A stretch of 64,000 nucleotides of DNA from Bacteroidia bacterium. Lineage in GTDB: Bacteria; Bacteroidota; Bacteroidia; Bacteroidales; CAJPTX01. This document shows, piece by piece, positions 61,523-64,000 of this stretch (the stretch's first letter is position 1; each line of letters opens with the position of its first letter). The position numbers and the translations under genes are program-made. Under the pieces are notes generated by a model. That model had not been told where the DNA came from. It saw only the letters and a program-made list of their open reading frames with translations, and ran no database searches. The DNA lies in the NCBI GenBank assembly GCA_002749065.1, contig PDTX01000003.1, forward strand, positions 145,685 through 209,684. Reading direction: 5' to 3'.

Positions 61523-64000
61523 ATGGGTCGCAAGCACAGCAGATACGAGCGCGGATTCCGCCCCCTAGCCCAGCTACTGGCCTCTGGCCTGCTCATCCTG
61601 CTGGGGGCCCTCCCTGCCCTGGCCCAGGGCAAATCCCTCAGCGGACGGGTGCTCGACGGGGAAGGCAAGCCCCTGCCAGCGGTCAACGTGATTGTGCTTG
61701 AGACCGGGCAGGGCACCGTCTGCAACGACCGGGGCGAATTTACCCTGAGCCTACCCAATGCCTCCCCCGCCAAAATACGCTTCAGCGCCGTGGGCTACGG
61801 CACCCTCGACACCACCCTCAGCGTCGGGCCAGCCGACCACCGCCACACCATCACCCTCCCGCTGGTGGACACCGAAATCGGCGCGGTGGAGGTCAGCACG
61901 AGCGTCCGCACCGATGCCACCATGGAGCGTATCTTCCTCCCCGACCAATCGGCCGTCGCCACCGCTGGGGCGGGCGTGGAGTCCCTCCTGAAGACCCTCC
62001 CCGGGGTGAGCAGCCGCAACGAGCTCTCCTCCCAGTACTCCGTCCGCGGGGGCAGCTTCGACGAGAACCTCGTCTACATCGACGGCATGCAGGTCCACCG
62101 CCCCTCGCTGGTCCGGGGCGGGAGCCAGGAGGGCCTCTCGGTCATCAACCCCGACATGGTGGAGCGGCTCGAGTTCTCCGCCGGGGCCTTCCCGGCCAAC
62201 CTCGGCGACCGCATGTCCTCGGCGCTGACCATCGGCTACCGCCAGCCCAGGGGCTACCGCGCCAAGCTCGACCTGAGCCTCCTCGAGTCGCGCCTACTCC
62301 TGGAGGGGGGCGAGAAGGACGGCCAGTGGAGCGGCATGGTCGGCCTACGCTACAAGAGCACCCGCCTGCTGCTCAACACCCAGGACACCAAGGGCGACTA
62401 CCGCCCCAACTTCATGGACCTCCAGGTCAAGGGCACCTGGGCACCCCGCGGGGACATGCAGCTCGAGCTGCTGAGCGGCTACATGCGCAATGAGTACCAG
62501 TTCCGACCCACCCGCAAGGAGACCACCTTCGGCAACCTCCAGAGCCCCTACAACCAGATGACCATCTTCTACGAGGGCGGGGAGCGCGACCTCTACCAGA
62601 CCCTCTTCAGCAACCTGCGCTACCGGTGGCGGCTGGGCGAGCAGTGGACCCTCCGCGCCCAGCTCTCCGGCTTCGGCACGATGGAGGCCGAGAGCTTCGA
62701 CATCCTCGGCGAGTACTGGCTCAGCAGCATCAAGCCCAGCGACCAGCCCAACCCGCTCAACGACAGCCTCGCCAACAAGGGGATAGGGGGCGCCTTCGAC
62801 CACGCCCGCAACCGCCTCCAGGCCCTCGTCCTGCGCGGCGGCCTGAGCACCCGCTACCAGCACCACGGGGGCACCTACGAGCTGGGCCTAGAGCTGGAGC
62901 AAAAGCGCCTGGAGCAGGACCTCAACGAGTGGCACCTTGTCGACAGCGCGGAGTACACCCTCCCCCTCGAGCCGCTGGCCTTCAGCCCCACCGACCGGGT
63001 GCGCAACCGGGGCGAGCTGAACGCCTCCAAGAGCGCCCTCTACCTCACCGCACGCCACCAGTGGGAGCTCGCGGGGCTGGAGCTGGAGCTCGCCGGGGGG
63101 GGGAGGCTCACCTCAAGGGACTGGAAGCACGCAATCCGCTTTAGCCCAAGGGGTTCAATCACGGTGCGACCGCTGTCCTACCCCACCCTTTCGGCCTACT
63201 TCGCGAGCGGCTTCTACTACCAGTACCCCTTCTACCGCGAGCTGCAGGACCGCCACGGCGAGCTGCACCCCAAGCTGCGCCCCCAGCGGTCCGTCCACTA
63301 CGTGCTGGGCACCCGGCTGAACTTCCCCCAGTTCGACATCCCCTTCCAGGTCCAGGTGGAGCTCTACCGCAAGGACTTCCGGCACTACATCCCCTACATG
63401 GTCGACAACCTCCGCCTCCGCTACGAGGCCGAGAACGCCGCCCGGGGCGACATCATGGGCATCGACCTGAAGGTGAACGCCACCCTCGTGCCGGGCGCGG
63501 AGTCCTGGCTCTCCCTCTCGCTCATGAGGGGCCAGCTGCGGCTCGACCAGCCCCTCCGCCGGGCAGAGGCCATGCCCCGGGAGGACGGCTACTTCCCCCT
63601 GCCCACCGACCAGCGCCTCGCCATCTCCGTCTTCCTGCAGGACTACCTCCCCTGGTGGCCCAGCTTCCACGTGCATGTGGCCACCACCTACGCCACCGGC
63701 CTACCCTTCACCCCGCCCGACGGCCGCTACGGGCTCACCGGCCGCCTGCCCGCCTACCAGCGCGTCGACATCGGCTTCACGAAGATATTCCGGAGCGACC
63801 ACCACAGCGACCAGTGGCTCAGCGGAGTGAAGTGGCTGCGCGACTGGTCCGTCACCGCGGAGGTGCTCAACCTCACGGACTTCGCCAACACGGCCTCCTA
63901 CCTCTGGGTCTCCATCCCGGGGGGCGAGGGGCTCAGCAAGCTGGCCGTCCCCAACTACCTCACGGCCCGCTGCATCAACTTCCGGCTGGTGGTCGGCTTC
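61523..64000 (+). CDS. TonB-dependent receptor with CarboxypepD_reg N-terminal domain (no stop codon before the window end)
   Basis: My own translation from the ATG at 61523 is open for 826 codons to the last base. It has a signal peptide ending ALAQG, GRVLDGEGKPLPAVNV, and a plug (LLKTLPGVSS...YSVRGGSFDENLVYIDG). The last residues in the window, ...INFRLVVGF, look like a barrel C-terminus, so the stop is probably just beyond the edge. It is not in the ORF track. Confidence 0.8.
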   Translation, partial: MGRKHSRYERGFRPLAQLLASGLLILLGALPALAQGKSLSGRVLDGEGKPLPAVNVIVLETGQGTVCNDRGEFTLSLPNASPAKIRFSAVGYGTLDTTLSVGPADHRHTITLPLVDTEIGAVEVSTSVRTDATMERIFLPDQSAVATAGAGVESLLKTLPGVSSRNELSSQYSVRGGSFDENLVYIDGMQVHRPSLVRGGSQEGLSVINPDMVERLEFSAGAFPANLGDRMSSALTIGYRQPRGYRAKLDLSLLESRLLLEGGEKDGQWSGMVGLRYKSTRLLLNTQDTKGDYRPNFMDLQVKGTWAPRGDMQLELLSGYMRNEYQFRPTRKETTFGNLQSPYNQMTIFYEGGERDLYQTLFSNLRYRWRLGEQWTLRAQLSGFGTMEAESFDILGEYWLSSIKPSDQPNPLNDSLANKGIGGAFDHARNRLQALVLRGGLSTRYQHHGGTYELGLELEQKRLEQDLNEWHLVDSAEYTLPLEPLAFSPTDRVRNRGELNASKSALYLTARHQWELAGLELELAGGGRLTSRDWKHAIRFSPRGSITVRPLSYPTLSAYFASGFYYQYPFYRELQDRHGELHPKLRPQRSVHYVLGTRLNFPQFDIPFQVQVELYRKDFRHYIPYMVDNLRLRYEAENAARGDIMGIDLKVNATLVPGAESWLSLSLMRGQLRLDQPLRRAEAMPREDGYFPLPTDQRLAISVFLQDYLPWWPSFHVHVATTYATGLPFTPPDGRYGLTGRLPAYQRVDIGFTKIFRSDHHSDQWLSGVKWLRDWSVTAEVLNLTDFANTASYLWVSIPGGEGLSKLAVPNYLTARCINFRLVVGF

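Noticed and set aside
1-64000. A search for CRISPR arrays, rRNA genes, IS elements, transposases, integrases, att-like direct repeats and prophage genes.
   Set aside because: I found none by eye on either strand. The only regular repeat is the in-frame 270-nt coding repeat at 9.7-10.8 kb. The low-GC genes (helicase, Imm22-like, HTH region) therefore cannot be assigned to a delimited mobile element from this window alone.

Overview
The window reads as a high-GC chromosomal segment, roughly 65-70% G+C in hand-counted lines of core genes. The organism looks like a member of the Bacteroidota, probably Bacteroidales-like. Three things support this. The TAnnTTTG '-7' promoter box recurs about 5-60 nt upstream of many start codons. 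Shine-Dalgarno sequences appear to be absent. The gene set is typical: HmuY-like lipoprotein plus TonB-dependent receptor, CarboxypepD_reg-type receptors, an AAA-ATPase/PD-(D/E)XK fusion, FloA and DUF2520-KdsC.

I support 53 protein-coding genes, one truncated at each edge, plus one tRNA-Arg(CCT) and the RNase P RNA. Most are housekeeping genes: folA', hemW, SUI1, mutL, panB, lepB, nth, MlaEF-like ABC transporter, tyrS, floA, fsa, tsaC, gap, aroK, PBP1A, hutU, purD, nhaC, greA, recG, kdsC and maf. The six-frame track uses GTG/TTG/CTG as 'M', so many track ORFs carry false N-terminal extensions. I re-set those starts to in-frame ATGs lying downstream of a promoter box or terminator. The many long antisense or alternate-frame ORFs are high-GC artefacts.

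The accessory or unusual spots are:
1. A low-GC single gene at 24.8-27.6 kb encoding an SF1 (Upf1/DNA2-like) helicase. It is fused to a C-terminal restriction-endonuclease-like (DUF2726-type) domain and an unassigned N-terminal domain, and has its own promoter box and an upstream terminator. It lies next to an AAA-ATPase/PD-(D/E)XK gene and a lipoprotein plus 129-aa two-gene operon. This is my best candidate for a defence-type system.
2. An 813-aa Lys/Glu/Ala-rich coiled-coil lipoprotein built from about 270-nt tandem repeats.
3. A 700-nt AT-rich non-coding stretch with three TACATTTGTA palindromic boxes upstream of an XRE-type HTH gene and rnpB.
4. A low-GC orphan Imm22-like immunity gene 2 nt behind nhaC, followed by 476 nt of non-coding DNA.

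I found no CRISPR array, rRNA, transposase or integrase.
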